A DNA stretch of 64,000 bases from Nitrospirota bacterium (lineage in GTDB: Bacteria > Nitrospirota > Thermodesulfovibrionia > Thermodesulfovibrionales > JdFR-86), in NCBI GenBank assembly GCA_963721805.1, contig CAVRJY010000002.1, forward strand, positions 352,001 to 416,000, in the 5' to 3' direction. Shown here in pieces: positions 1 to 9,052 of the stretch (position 1 is its first letter; every line of letters starts with the position of its first letter). The translations under genes were made by a program, and so were the position numbers. Under the pieces are notes generated by a model. The model was not told where the DNA came from. It did not search any database and saw only the letters and a program-made list of their open reading frames with translations.

Positions 1-1
1 C

Positions 2-274
2 AGCGCGCGAGATAGCAAGCCCAAGGGCAAAAACCACGTCAAGGTCTGCATCGGCCCCGCGTGCGTGGTCAAGCGCTCCGAGGAGATAGTAGAGCGGATC
101 AAGGACATCCTCGGCATAGACCTGGGCGAGATCACGCCGGATAAGTCCTTCTCTCTGGAGGCGGTCAAGTGCCTCGGGATGTGCGGCCTGGCCCCGGTGG
201 TCGTAGTCGGCAAGGAGACCCACGGCGGCATAACCGCGGCGGACGCCGAGGCCGTGATCGGGCAGTACCGCTGA
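2..274 (+). CDS. NuoE/HydC-like [2Fe-2S] subunit, 5'-truncated by the window edge
   Basis: The frame is open from position 2 and reads HVKVCIGPAC...EAVKCLGMCGLAPVVVV, the thioredoxin-like [2Fe-2S] motif. It lies directly upstream of a NuoF-like gene. Confidence 0.85.
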   Translation, partial: SARDSKPKGKNHVKVCIGPACVVKRSEEIVERIKDILGIDLGEITPDKSFSLEAVKCLGMCGLAPVVVVGKETHGGITAADAEAVIGQYR

Positions 275-307
275 TATGCGATCCCTAACATTTAATATGG
301 AGGTCCT

Positions 308-2221
308 TTGATGGCTGAAGGCTACCGTGCGGAACTGATGGTCTGCGGGGGTACGGGCTGTATCTCCGGCGGAGGTCACAAGATAAAGGAAGCCTTTGAC
401 GCCGAGTTCGCCAAGCGCGGCCTCTCCTCTGACTACCGCGTAGTGCTCTCCGGATGCATCGGCATATGCGGAGACGGCCCGGTCGTGCTCGTCCAGCCCG
501 AGGGCGTGCTCTATGAGAACGTAAAGCCCGAGGACGCCACTTTGATAGTCGAGGAGCACTTCGTGGGCGGCAAGCCTGTGGAGAAGCTCATGTTCAAGGA
601 CCCCTCAAAGGCCGGGGCCAAGATACCGCTTATAAAGGATATACCGTACTTCAACCTCCAGACGCCGATGACGCTCCGCAACAGGGGCCATATCGACCCC
701 GAGAGCATAGACGACTACATCGCCAGAGACGGCTACAAGGCCGTAAAGCGCGCCCTGACAGAGATGGCCCCCCAGGAGATCATCAAGATGATGAAGAACT
801 CCGGGATGCGCGGCCGCGGCGGCATAGGATATCCCACCGGGCTTAAGTGGGAGATCTGCGGCATGGTCAAGGCCGACCAGAAATATATTATCTGCAACGG
901 CGACGAGGGCGACCCAGGCGCATACATGGACCGCGGCATCATGGAGAGCGACCCCCACGCGATCATCGAGGGCATGATAATCGGCGGGCGCGCCGTAGGG
1001 GCCACGAAAGGCTATTTCTACGTCAAGGCCGAGCATACTAATCCTATCGAGCGCGTGACCAAGGCGGTAGAGCAGGCGCGCGAGAGGGGATTCCTGGGCA
1101 AGGACATCCTCGGCAGCGGGTTTGATTTCGATATCGAGATATTTCTCGGGGCCGGGGCATCGGTATGCTCGGAGTACACCGCGCTGCTGCGCGCGATTGA
1201 GGGCAAGCGCGGGATGCCGCGCCCGGTCCCGCCGCTGTCTATCTTCAAGGGCCTCTGGGACAAGCCCACGATGCTCGATAACGTCGAGACCTTCGCGCAC
1301 ATACCGCTCGTGGTGCAAAACGGGCCTGACTGGTTCAGGGAGATGGGGACGATGAAGTCCCCCGGCACGAAGGTCCTGGCGCTCGCCGGATCGCTCGTGA
1401 ACACCGGGCTCGTCGAGGTCCCGATGGGGACACCGCTAAGGAAGATCATCTTCGACATCGGCGGCGGGGTGAAGAAGGGCCGCAAATTTAAAGCAGTCCA
1501 GATGGGCGGCCCGGCCGGGGGGTGCATCCCCGAGAGCCTGCTCGACACGCCTCTCACTTATGAGGACATCCCGACAACCGGCGCTGTAATCGGGGCCGGG
1601 GGCATGGTCGTGATGGACGACCTCAACTGCATGGTCTCGATAGCCAAGTCGTTTATCGAGTTCATTACTGACGAGTCCTGCGGCAAGTGCCCGCCGTGCA
1701 GGATCGGGACGATGGTGATGTATGAGATCTTGCAGGACATCGTCGACGGCAAGGGCAAGCCAGAGGACATATTAAACCTGATAGACCTGGGGGAGGACAT
1801 CTCCGAGACCTCGCTCTGCGGGCTCGGGCAAGCCGCGCCGAACCCGGTGCTCACGACCATACGCCACTTCCGCGAGGAGTACGACGAGCACGTCAACCAG
1901 AAATACTGCCGCGCCGGGGTGTGCAAGGACCTCATAACGTTCTATATAGACGATACCGCGTGCAAGGGCTGCGGCGTATGCGCCCGCGCATGCCCGGTCA
2001 AGGCCATCTCGGGCGAGAAAAAGCAGCCCCACCGAATAGACCAGTCGGTCTGCGCGCGCTGCCGCGGCTGCTACGAGGCCTGCAAGTTCGGGGCGGTGCG
2101 CATAGGGCCGGCCTCGATGAAGGCCGAGCTCATGAAGAAACAGGCCGAGCTGGCCGAGGTCGCAGCGGCCGTCGGGGCCACGGCTGAGCCGGAGAAGCCG
2201 TCAGGGCCGGCGGAGGCATAG
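308..2221 (+). CDS. NuoF/HydB-like FMN/Fe-S subunit with N-terminal [2Fe-2S] and C-terminal 2x[4Fe-4S] domains
   Basis: Motifs VCGGTGC, RGRGGIGYPTG, CNGDEGDPGAYMDR, ESCGKCPPCRIG, SLCGLGQ and C-terminal CKGCGVC / CARCRGC. SD GGAGG upstream. Confidence 0.9.
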   Translation: MMAEGYRAELMVCGGTGCISGGGHKIKEAFDAEFAKRGLSSDYRVVLSGCIGICGDGPVVLVQPEGVLYENVKPEDATLIVEEHFVGGKPVEKLMFKDPSKAGAKIPLIKDIPYFNLQTPMTLRNRGHIDPESIDDYIARDGYKAVKRALTEMAPQEIIKMMKNSGMRGRGGIGYPTGLKWEICGMVKADQKYIICNGDEGDPGAYMDRGIMESDPHAIIEGMIIGGRAVGATKGYFYVKAEHTNPIERVTKAVEQARERGFLGKDILGSGFDFDIEIFLGAGASVCSEYTALLRAIEGKRGMPRPVPPLSIFKGLWDKPTMLDNVETFAHIPLVVQNGPDWFREMGTMKSPGTKVLALAGSLVNTGLVEVPMGTPLRKIIFDIGGGVKKGRKFKAVQMGGPAGGCIPESLLDTPLTYEDIPTTGAVIGAGGMVVMDDLNCMVSIAKSFIEFITDESCGKCPPCRIGTMVMYEILQDIVDGKGKPEDILNLIDLGEDISETSLCGLGQAAPNPVLTTIRHFREEYDEHVNQKYCRAGVCKDLITFYIDDTACKGCGVCARACPVKAISGEKKQPHRIDQSVCARCRGCYEACKFGAVRIGPASMKAELMKKQAELAEVAAAVGATAEPEKPSGPAEA

Positions 2222-2267
2222 CGGACATTGAGAAAAGTCATTCCGAGCAAGGAGAGAGACACCCGAT

Positions 2268-4769
2268 ATGCCGGATAAGATAGAGATAACGATAGACGGC
2301 AGGAAGCTTAAGGTCAGGCCCCGTTCCACGATCCTCAACGCCGCACTGGAGCACGGCATCTACATACCGCACCTCTGCTACGACCGCAGGCTGAAGCCCT
2401 TTGGCGGCTGCCGGCTCTGCATCGTCGAGGTCAAGGGCATAAGGAAGCCCCGCACCGCCTGCACCGCCCCGGTCGAGCCTGGCATGGTCATATACACCGA
2501 CACGCCCAAGCTCCAGAAGGCCCGGCGCACCGTGGTCGAACTCCTCCTGCTGCACCACCCGCTGGAGTGCCCCTATTGCGACAAGGCCGGCGAGTGCCTG
2601 CTTCAGGACATGGCATACAAGTACGGCCCGGTACAGAGCCGGTTCAAGGCCGAGAAGCGCAGCGGCCCGGCGCTGACCGAGGCCCCGCTTGTCGAGCGCA
2701 ACCCCAAGCGCTGCATACTGTGCGGCAAGTGCGTGCGCGTATGCGGCGAGCACCAGGGCGTTGGCGCGATTGACTTCATCGACCGTGGCTTTATCACAAA
2801 GATCAGCCCCCCGTTTGAAGAGACGCTGGACTGCGAGTTCTGCGGCCAGTGCATAGACGTATGCCCGGTGGGCGCGCTAGGGAGCAAGACCTACCGCTCG
2901 CTCTCTCGCGTCTGGTACCTCGAGGAGAGGCAGAACATCTGCCCGCACTGCGGCGTGGGCTGCACCGTTACGCTCGGGATACAGGACGGCAAGATCATGC
3001 GCTCGGTGGGCAAGGACGGCGTCGGGATGAACCTCGGCGACCTCTGCGGCCGCGGGCGGTTCGGGCTCGATTACGTTGGCTCTGAGAAGCGCCTGACCAA
3101 GCCCCTCATCCGCGACGGCGAGGGCGTCCTGCGCGAGGCCACCTGGGCCGAGGCGATAGGCGTCATCAAAAAGCGCCTCGGAGAGGTCATCGCGGCCCAC
3201 GGGCCGCAGGCGGTTGGCGCGATAGGCTCGCAGCGCTGCACGATAGAGGACAACTTCATGCTCCAGCGCTTCATGCGAAGCGTCGTGGGCAGCGGCAATA
3301 TCGACTCTCTCGCGAGGTTCGGCACGGCGATGGCGCAGGGCGCTGTGAAGCGCTCGATGGGGCTTGAGGTGCCGCTTGCGGACTTCGACGCTCCGATGGA
3401 CGCGGACCTGATACTGACGGTCGAGAGCGACATCACCGCGACGCACCCGGTATTCGGTCTGAAGCTGCTGGCCGCAGCGCGCGACCAGAAGGCCAAGCTC
3501 ATCGTGCTCGACTCGCGCATGAACAAGCTCTCGCGGCACGCCACCAGCTGGCTCAGGCTCCGCCCCGGCACCTCCGTGGCGCTCCTAAACGGGATAATGA
3601 AGTGCATGATAGACGAGGGGCTCGCCGCGCCTTCGGCCTCCGGCATCCCTCAGTTTGAGGCCTTAAAGAAATCCCTCGAGGACTATACGCCCGAGCGCGC
3701 CGAGACAGTTTGCGGCGTCTCGGCCGATGCGATACGCGATGCGGCGCGCGCGATAGGAGCCTCAAAGCGCAAGCTCGTATGCATCACCACCGGTTCGGCC
3801 GAAAACAACAAGGGCGCAAACGCGGTGCTCGCGGCCGGAAACCTCGTGCTGCTAAGCGGCGGCGGGGCCGAGGCCCTGCAGATCCCTGGCAGCTACTGCA
3901 ACACTATCGGGATGCTCGAGGCGGGCGTCAGGCCCGATGCCGGACCCGGCCACACCCCCATCGAGAACCCCGGGCTCGACGCGGCCTCGATGCTCTGCAC
4001 CGAGGCCAGCCCGATGCGCGCGATGTACGTCATGGGCGAAAACCCTGTGATCACGTTTCCCGAGTCGAAGACCGTCGAGCAGACGCTTAAGGCCATGGAG
4101 TTTCTGGTCGTGCAGGACATCATGCTCACCGACACGGCGAAGCTCGCCCACGTCGTCCTGCCGGCCTCGAGCTGGGCCGAGAAGGACGGCACGTTTGTAG
4201 GCATGACCGGCATACCGCAGAAGATAGTACCGTGCGTCCCACCGACCGGGGAGTCGCTCCCGGACTGGCGGATATTCCACGACATCGCCTCGGCGATGGG
4301 ACGGGACATCGACGCCGGGGATTTCAAGGAGCTCACGGCCGAGGTATGCAAGGCAGTGCCGCTTAATTATGACCTCACCTCCTCGAGCCCGGCCTTCGTG
4401 CCCGTGGCCCAGTCCGGCGGCGTCGAGCCCTCGGCCGACTATCCGTTTACGATGGTAACCGGCATCCTGATGCAGCACTCCGGGAGCCTGACGACGCTGT
4501 CTAAGGGGCTCGAAAGCGTAGTGTCCGACGCTTACCTTCAGATCAACGCAGAGGACGCCGCTGCCTCCGGAATAGCTGATGAGAAATTCGTGCGCGTCTC
4601 ATCCCCCAAGGGCGAGATATTCCTCAAGGCCCGCGTCACCGACGAGGTCCCGGCCGGGATGCTCTTCGTGCCGGCCCACTTCCCCCATGCGAGGGTCAAT
4701 ACGCTGCGCACGCTGCCGCCCGCGGACGGCGGCCACAGCCTGGTCGCCGTGAAGGTGGAGCCTGCGTAA
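2268..4769 (+). CDS. NuoG/SfrA-like molybdopterin-oxidoreductase-fold Fe-S subunit (no Cys/Sec metal ligand)
   Basis: N-terminal HLCY..GGCRLC, HPLECPYCDKAGEC, CILCGKC, CEFCGQC and CPHCGVGC. NIDSLARFG stands where FDH has NxDNCARxC/U. C-terminal molydop-binding-like domain. Confidence 0.85.
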   Translation: MPDKIEITIDGRKLKVRPRSTILNAALEHGIYIPHLCYDRRLKPFGGCRLCIVEVKGIRKPRTACTAPVEPGMVIYTDTPKLQKARRTVVELLLLHHPLECPYCDKAGECLLQDMAYKYGPVQSRFKAEKRSGPALTEAPLVERNPKRCILCGKCVRVCGEHQGVGAIDFIDRGFITKISPPFEETLDCEFCGQCIDVCPVGALGSKTYRSLSRVWYLEERQNICPHCGVGCTVTLGIQDGKIMRSVGKDGVGMNLGDLCGRGRFGLDYVGSEKRLTKPLIRDGEGVLREATWAEAIGVIKKRLGEVIAAHGPQAVGAIGSQRCTIEDNFMLQRFMRSVVGSGNIDSLARFGTAMAQGAVKRSMGLEVPLADFDAPMDADLILTVESDITATHPVFGLKLLAAARDQKAKLIVLDSRMNKLSRHATSWLRLRPGTSVALLNGIMKCMIDEGLAAPSASGIPQFEALKKSLEDYTPERAETVCGVSADAIRDAARAIGASKRKLVCITTGSAENNKGANAVLAAGNLVLLSGGGAEALQIPGSYCNTIGMLEAGVRPDAGPGHTPIENPGLDAASMLCTEASPMRAMYVMGENPVITFPESKTVEQTLKAMEFLVVQDIMLTDTAKLAHVVLPASSWAEKDGTFVGMTGIPQKIVPCVPPTGESLPDWRIFHDIASAMGRDIDAGDFKELTAEVCKAVPLNYDLTSSSPAFVPVAQSGGVEPSADYPFTMVTGILMQHSGSLTTLSKGLESVVSDAYLQINAEDAAASGIADEKFVRVSSPKGEIFLKARVTDEVPAGMLFVPAHFPHARVNTLRTLPPADGGHSLVAVKVEPA

Positions 4770-4861
4770 GGGTTCCCAGCGGCTTGCTGGCCGTGTCCAG
4801 GGTACGGCGGCCAGTCGCGTCCGGCATGCGGTGTCTCCGGGGAGGTTAGCTCAGCTGTAAT

Positions 4862-7300
4862 ATGAAACCGCGCATCTCGATCCACGCCAAGCTCTTCGCG
4901 GTCACGATCGTGGTGCTTAGCGTCGTGCTCGCGGGCGGATTTTATTTCATCCTCAGGTTCCAGTCCGAGCGCGTCCGCGACACGCTCGCGCGCAACACCG
5001 CATCGCTCTCGGAGGTCCTGGCCAGCACGGCAGGAAACGTGGTCGCTAAGATGGCCGACGCCCGCCGGGTGTTAGACGCGGTGTCCGCGGGCCTTATCAA
5101 TTCCGGCGATCTCCTGGGCGTCGAGGTCCACTCGCCCATAATCGGAATCATCAGCAACGCCACGAGTCCGGGGTTTGGGTTCGCGGCCCCCGAGCTTCTG
5201 GCCGCCGGGATATCCAGCGCTTACAGGGACGGACGCATAGCCTCGATGCGTGACGGCGGCGTCTATTACCGCTTCGTGCCTATCAGCGGTGACGGCGCAC
5301 CGGAGGGGGTCGCGGTATTCGCATCGGCCTCGGTCATCCGCGACGGCGCGCTTACCGCGATGGTGGGCGAAGGGCTTGGCCACATATACTCCGCCGAGGT
5401 CCACGGCGGCCTGCTCTACCTCCAGAGGCTCGCAAGCGAGATCGGGACTCTCGAGGGCGTGCGCGGCGTGCTGATATGCGATTCCGGCGGAAACGTGCTT
5501 GCCGCCTCAAAGGGCATGCGCCGTGATGTCGTGGAGTTCGACCCCATGCCCTACATCAGGGAGGCCTTATCCAATCGCCGCGCGATCGCGGTGGAAGCCC
5601 CTGCGGGGGACTTGATCTTCAGGCCGATCCCGGCCGCGGCCGGCCCCGGCATCGACGGCGTGATCGGGCTTCAGTCTGACCTGAGCGCCGCAAGGCGCGA
5701 CACCGCGTATCTGCGCTATGACATGCTGGCCGCCTGGGCCGTGACCCTCGCGGCGCTCTCAGCGATCATAGGGCTGATGGTGCGCAAGCTCATACTTCAG
5801 CCTGTCAAGGGGCTCGTGAAGCTGACTGAAGCGGTGGCCTCGGGCGACCTCAGAGGCCGGGCGGCGCTCAACACCGGGGACGAGTTCGAGGTTCTCGGGG
5901 ACTCGTTTAACCGCATGCTGGGCGACATCGAACGCTCACATGACGAACTGACCGCGTCGCGCGATTTCCTGGAGCGCATCCTAGCGCATATGAACGAGGC
6001 CGTCCTGGTCTTCACTTCGGGGGGGATCGTCTGGGCCTCGAACGCATCGGCGCAATCCATAAGCGGCTACGGCAAGGAAGAGCTCGATTCTCTGGGGTTC
6101 AGGGAGATTTTCAGCGGATTTCCGGGGGATGGCGGCAAGGACATCGCGGAGCTCTGCGACGGCAGGGAGATGACGCTTAAGCGCAGAGACGGCGTATTAG
6201 TGCCGGTTGCGGTCTCCTGCGCATCGATGGAAGACGATGGGCAGGTCTTCGTCTTGCAGGACATAAGCGGGCGCAAAAAGGCCGAGGAGGCGCTAAGGGC
6301 CTCGGAGGAGAAGTTTTCGAAGGCCTTCCTGGCCTCACCGGACCTGATCCTGATAAGCAGGCTCAGCGACGGGAGGATCATCGACTGCAACGAGTCGGTC
6401 CTGAACTCATTGGGCTACGAAAAAGGCGAGGTCTTGGGCAGGACGACCGAGGAAGCCGGGTTCTGGAAGGGCCAGAGCGCATCGCGCGACGAGTTCGTGG
6501 GCCGCATAGTGCACGAGGGCCGGGCAAGGGAATTCGAGATGCTCTTTGACGTCCGCGGGGAGCCCAGGACGCTGCTGGTCTCATCGGAGCCGATCTCGGT
6601 AGGCGGCGAGGACTGCCTCCTGAGCGTCGCACACGACGTCACAGAGCGCAAACGCGCGGAGGCGCGCCTCAGGGCCGCTATCTCCGAGAAGGAGGTCCTG
6701 CTCCGCGAGGTCCACCACCGCGTCAAGAACAACCTGCAGGTCATCCAGAGCATGCTCTCGATGCAGGCGATGCACATCAAGGACACAGCAACGGAGCGCG
6801 CGTTCCGCGAGAGCCAGGGCAGGGTGCGCTCGATGGCCCTGATACACGAGCGGTTCTACCGCTCCGGGGACCTCTCGCGTATAGACTTCGGCGAGTACAC
6901 AACATCGCTGCTGCGCCAGCTGTTTTCGATCTACGGGGCTGACCCCGGCCGGATCGCGACGCGGGTCGAGGCCGGGGGCGTCAGCCTCCCGATTGACTAC
7001 GCGATACCCTGCGGCATTATCATCAACGAGATAGTCTCGAACTCGCTGAAATACGCCTTCCCGGACGGACGGCCGGGCGAGATCTTCGTAGTGCTGCAGC
7101 GGCCGGCGGAGGGGAGGGTCAGCCTCAGCATCGGAGATGACGGCGCGGGCATCCCCGGAGGCCCTGACCTCTCGGGGATGAAGAGCCTCGGGCTCCACCT
7201 GGTGCGCATACTGGCCGAGGACCAGCTCGAGGGCGCCCTGAGCGTATCGGCGGGCGGGGAAAATGGTGTTGTTTTTAGGGTGGAGTTTGCTGTAACCTGA
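4862..7300 (+). CDS. Membrane sensor histidine kinase (HAMP, 2x PAS, HisKA_2/HATPase)
   Basis: Two TM segments, a HAMP-like region (GDLRGRAALNTGDEFEVLGDSFNRM), H-box EVHHRVKNNLQ, N-box NEIVSNSLKYAF and DDGAG. Confidence 0.88.
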   Translation: MKPRISIHAKLFAVTIVVLSVVLAGGFYFILRFQSERVRDTLARNTASLSEVLASTAGNVVAKMADARRVLDAVSAGLINSGDLLGVEVHSPIIGIISNATSPGFGFAAPELLAAGISSAYRDGRIASMRDGGVYYRFVPISGDGAPEGVAVFASASVIRDGALTAMVGEGLGHIYSAEVHGGLLYLQRLASEIGTLEGVRGVLICDSGGNVLAASKGMRRDVVEFDPMPYIREALSNRRAIAVEAPAGDLIFRPIPAAAGPGIDGVIGLQSDLSAARRDTAYLRYDMLAAWAVTLAALSAIIGLMVRKLILQPVKGLVKLTEAVASGDLRGRAALNTGDEFEVLGDSFNRMLGDIERSHDELTASRDFLERILAHMNEAVLVFTSGGIVWASNASAQSISGYGKEELDSLGFREIFSGFPGDGGKDIAELCDGREMTLKRRDGVLVPVAVSCASMEDDGQVFVLQDISGRKKAEEALRASEEKFSKAFLASPDLILISRLSDGRIIDCNESVLNSLGYEKGEVLGRTTEEAGFWKGQSASRDEFVGRIVHEGRAREFEMLFDVRGEPRTLLVSSEPISVGGEDCLLSVAHDVTERKRAEARLRAAISEKEVLLREVHHRVKNNLQVIQSMLSMQAMHIKDTATERAFRESQGRVRSMALIHERFYRSGDLSRIDFGEYTTSLLRQLFSIYGADPGRIATRVEAGGVSLPIDYAIPCGIIINEIVSNSLKYAFPDGRPGEIFVVLQRPAEGRVSLSIGDDGAGIPGGPDLSGMKSLGLHLVRILAEDQLEGALSVSAGGENGVVFRVEFAVT

Positions 7301-7341
7301 TAGCTGGGAGAACGGGGTGCGATGGGCATAGGGGAACGAGC

Positions 7342-9036
7342 TTGACCAAGAAAAGGATCCTCATAGTCGAGGACGAGAAGATCATATCCGAGGACATCCG
7401 CTCCTCGCTCGTCTCGCTAGGCTACGAGGTCGCTGACATAGCATCCTCAGGCGAGGAGGCGATCAAGAAGGCCGTCGACCTGAGGCCGAACCTCGTCCTT
7501 ATGGACATCATCCTCAAGGGCCAGGTCGACGGGATCAAGGCCGCGGCCCATATACGGAGCAACTACGGCATACCCGTCGTATACCTCACGTCGCACTCCG
7601 ACGAGCCCACGCTGCGCCGCGCAAGGGAGTCCGGGCCTTTCGGGTACATACTCAAGCCCTTCGACGTCCGGGACCTCCGCACCACGATCGAGATGGCGTT
7701 TCACAGCGCGCAGGTCGAAAAGGCGCTTAAAGACAGCGAGCGCTGGCTCTCGGTCACGCTCAGGAGCATCGGAGACGCGGTAGTCGTGATCGACGCCGCC
7801 GGAAGTGTCGAGTTCGTTAACCCGGCTGCCGAGGCGCTCACCGGCTGGGCGCTGCAGGACATCGTCGGCCGGCCGCTGGAGGAGGCGATCAAGCTCCTGG
7901 ACGCGACCTCCGGCGCGGTGCTGCACGACATCAGCTCGCTGGTCATCGCGGGCGGCGGCAACCCGGTCAGGTCCGCCGAGGGCGCGGTGCTCGTGGCGCG
8001 CGACGGCAGGAGGATACACGTCGACGTCAACGCCTCCCCGATCCGCGACAGGGACAACGCCATATCTGGCGTGGTCACGATTTTCCACGACATAACGGAG
8101 CGGATCGAGGCCGAGGGCGCGGTGAGGAAGTCCGAGCGGTTCCTGAGCACGGTCTTTGAGAGCATCCACGACCCGTTTTGCATCCTCGACCGCGACTACC
8201 GCATCGTGCGCGTAAACTCCGCCTACGCGAGGTTCCGCGGCCAGCCGGCCGAGGCCCTGCTGGGCAGGGTCTGCTACGAGACCTACAGCTCCGAAGGCAC
8301 GCCGAACCCGTGCGTGGAGTGCCCGGTGACCAAGACCCTCTCGACCGGAGAGCCGTGCGTCATAGAGCGTTACCACCCCGGCAAGGACGGGGCCGAGGTC
8401 TGGCTCGAGACCTACACCTATCCGGTGCTCGGCGAGAAGGGCGAGGTCTCGCGCGTCGTCGAATACACGCGCGACATCACCGAGCGCAAGCGCGGCGAGA
8501 TCGAGCGCTCCAGGCTGATCAAGGAGCTTGAATACCTCTCGCGCACCGACCGCCTGACGAAGCTGTTTAACCGCGGGGCGCTGATCGAGCGGCTCGAGTC
8601 CGAGGTCGAGAGGGTCAACCGCTACGGCTCGAGCCTGTCTCTGCTTCTGTGCGACATAGACAACTTCAAGCCGATCAACGACACCTACGGCCACGCCGAG
8701 GGCGACAGGGCGCTGGAGCTGATATCGAGCATCCTGAGCGCCGAGGTCCGCGCCACGGACATAGTCGGCCGCCACGGGGGCGACGAGTTCATGATCATCC
8801 TGCCGGAGACGAACATCCCGAGCGGCCGCGAGATAGCCGATCGCATAAGGAAGGCGGTCGAGGGCGCGAATTTCGCGGTCACGACCGGCGAGAAGCTCCG
8901 CCTGAGCCTCAGCATGGGGCTCACGGCTTATATCCCGGGGGATGTGGACTTCAACCCGATGATGAAGCGCGCCGACGACGCCCTTTACCTCTCTAAGCGC
9001 GGCGGCAGAAACCGCATCTCAGTGCTTACCGCATAG
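7342..9036 (+). CDS. Response-regulator diguanylate cyclase (REC-PAS-PAS-GGDEF)
   Basis: ILIVEDE...LMDI receiver domain, two PAS domains, intact GGDEF with upstream RxxD (RATD) I-site. TTG start. Confidence 0.9.
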   Translation: MTKKRILIVEDEKIISEDIRSSLVSLGYEVADIASSGEEAIKKAVDLRPNLVLMDIILKGQVDGIKAAAHIRSNYGIPVVYLTSHSDEPTLRRARESGPFGYILKPFDVRDLRTTIEMAFHSAQVEKALKDSERWLSVTLRSIGDAVVVIDAAGSVEFVNPAAEALTGWALQDIVGRPLEEAIKLLDATSGAVLHDISSLVIAGGGNPVRSAEGAVLVARDGRRIHVDVNASPIRDRDNAISGVVTIFHDITERIEAEGAVRKSERFLSTVFESIHDPFCILDRDYRIVRVNSAYARFRGQPAEALLGRVCYETYSSEGTPNPCVECPVTKTLSTGEPCVIERYHPGKDGAEVWLETYTYPVLGEKGEVSRVVEYTRDITERKRGEIERSRLIKELEYLSRTDRLTKLFNRGALIERLESEVERVNRYGSSLSLLLCDIDNFKPINDTYGHAEGDRALELISSILSAEVRATDIVGRHGGDEFMIILPETNIPSGREIADRIRKAVEGANFAVTTGEKLRLSLSMGLTAYIPGDVDFNPMMKRADDALYLSKRGGRNRISVLTA

Positions 9037-9052
9037 CGCCGCGTAATCACCC

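Noticed and set aside
4840..4857. GGGAGGTTAGCTCAGCTG resembles a tRNA 5' end and D-arm
   Set aside because: No anticodon arm, properly spaced GTTCRA T-loop or complementary acceptor stem follows. The sequence runs into the kinase start codon.
7447..8775. Long opposite-strand ORFs (e.g. 7447..8775, 29729..31087, 50996..52738, 57063..58163)
   Set aside because: They overlap well-supported genes on the other strand and lack motifs. They are expected shadow ORFs in GC-rich DNA.
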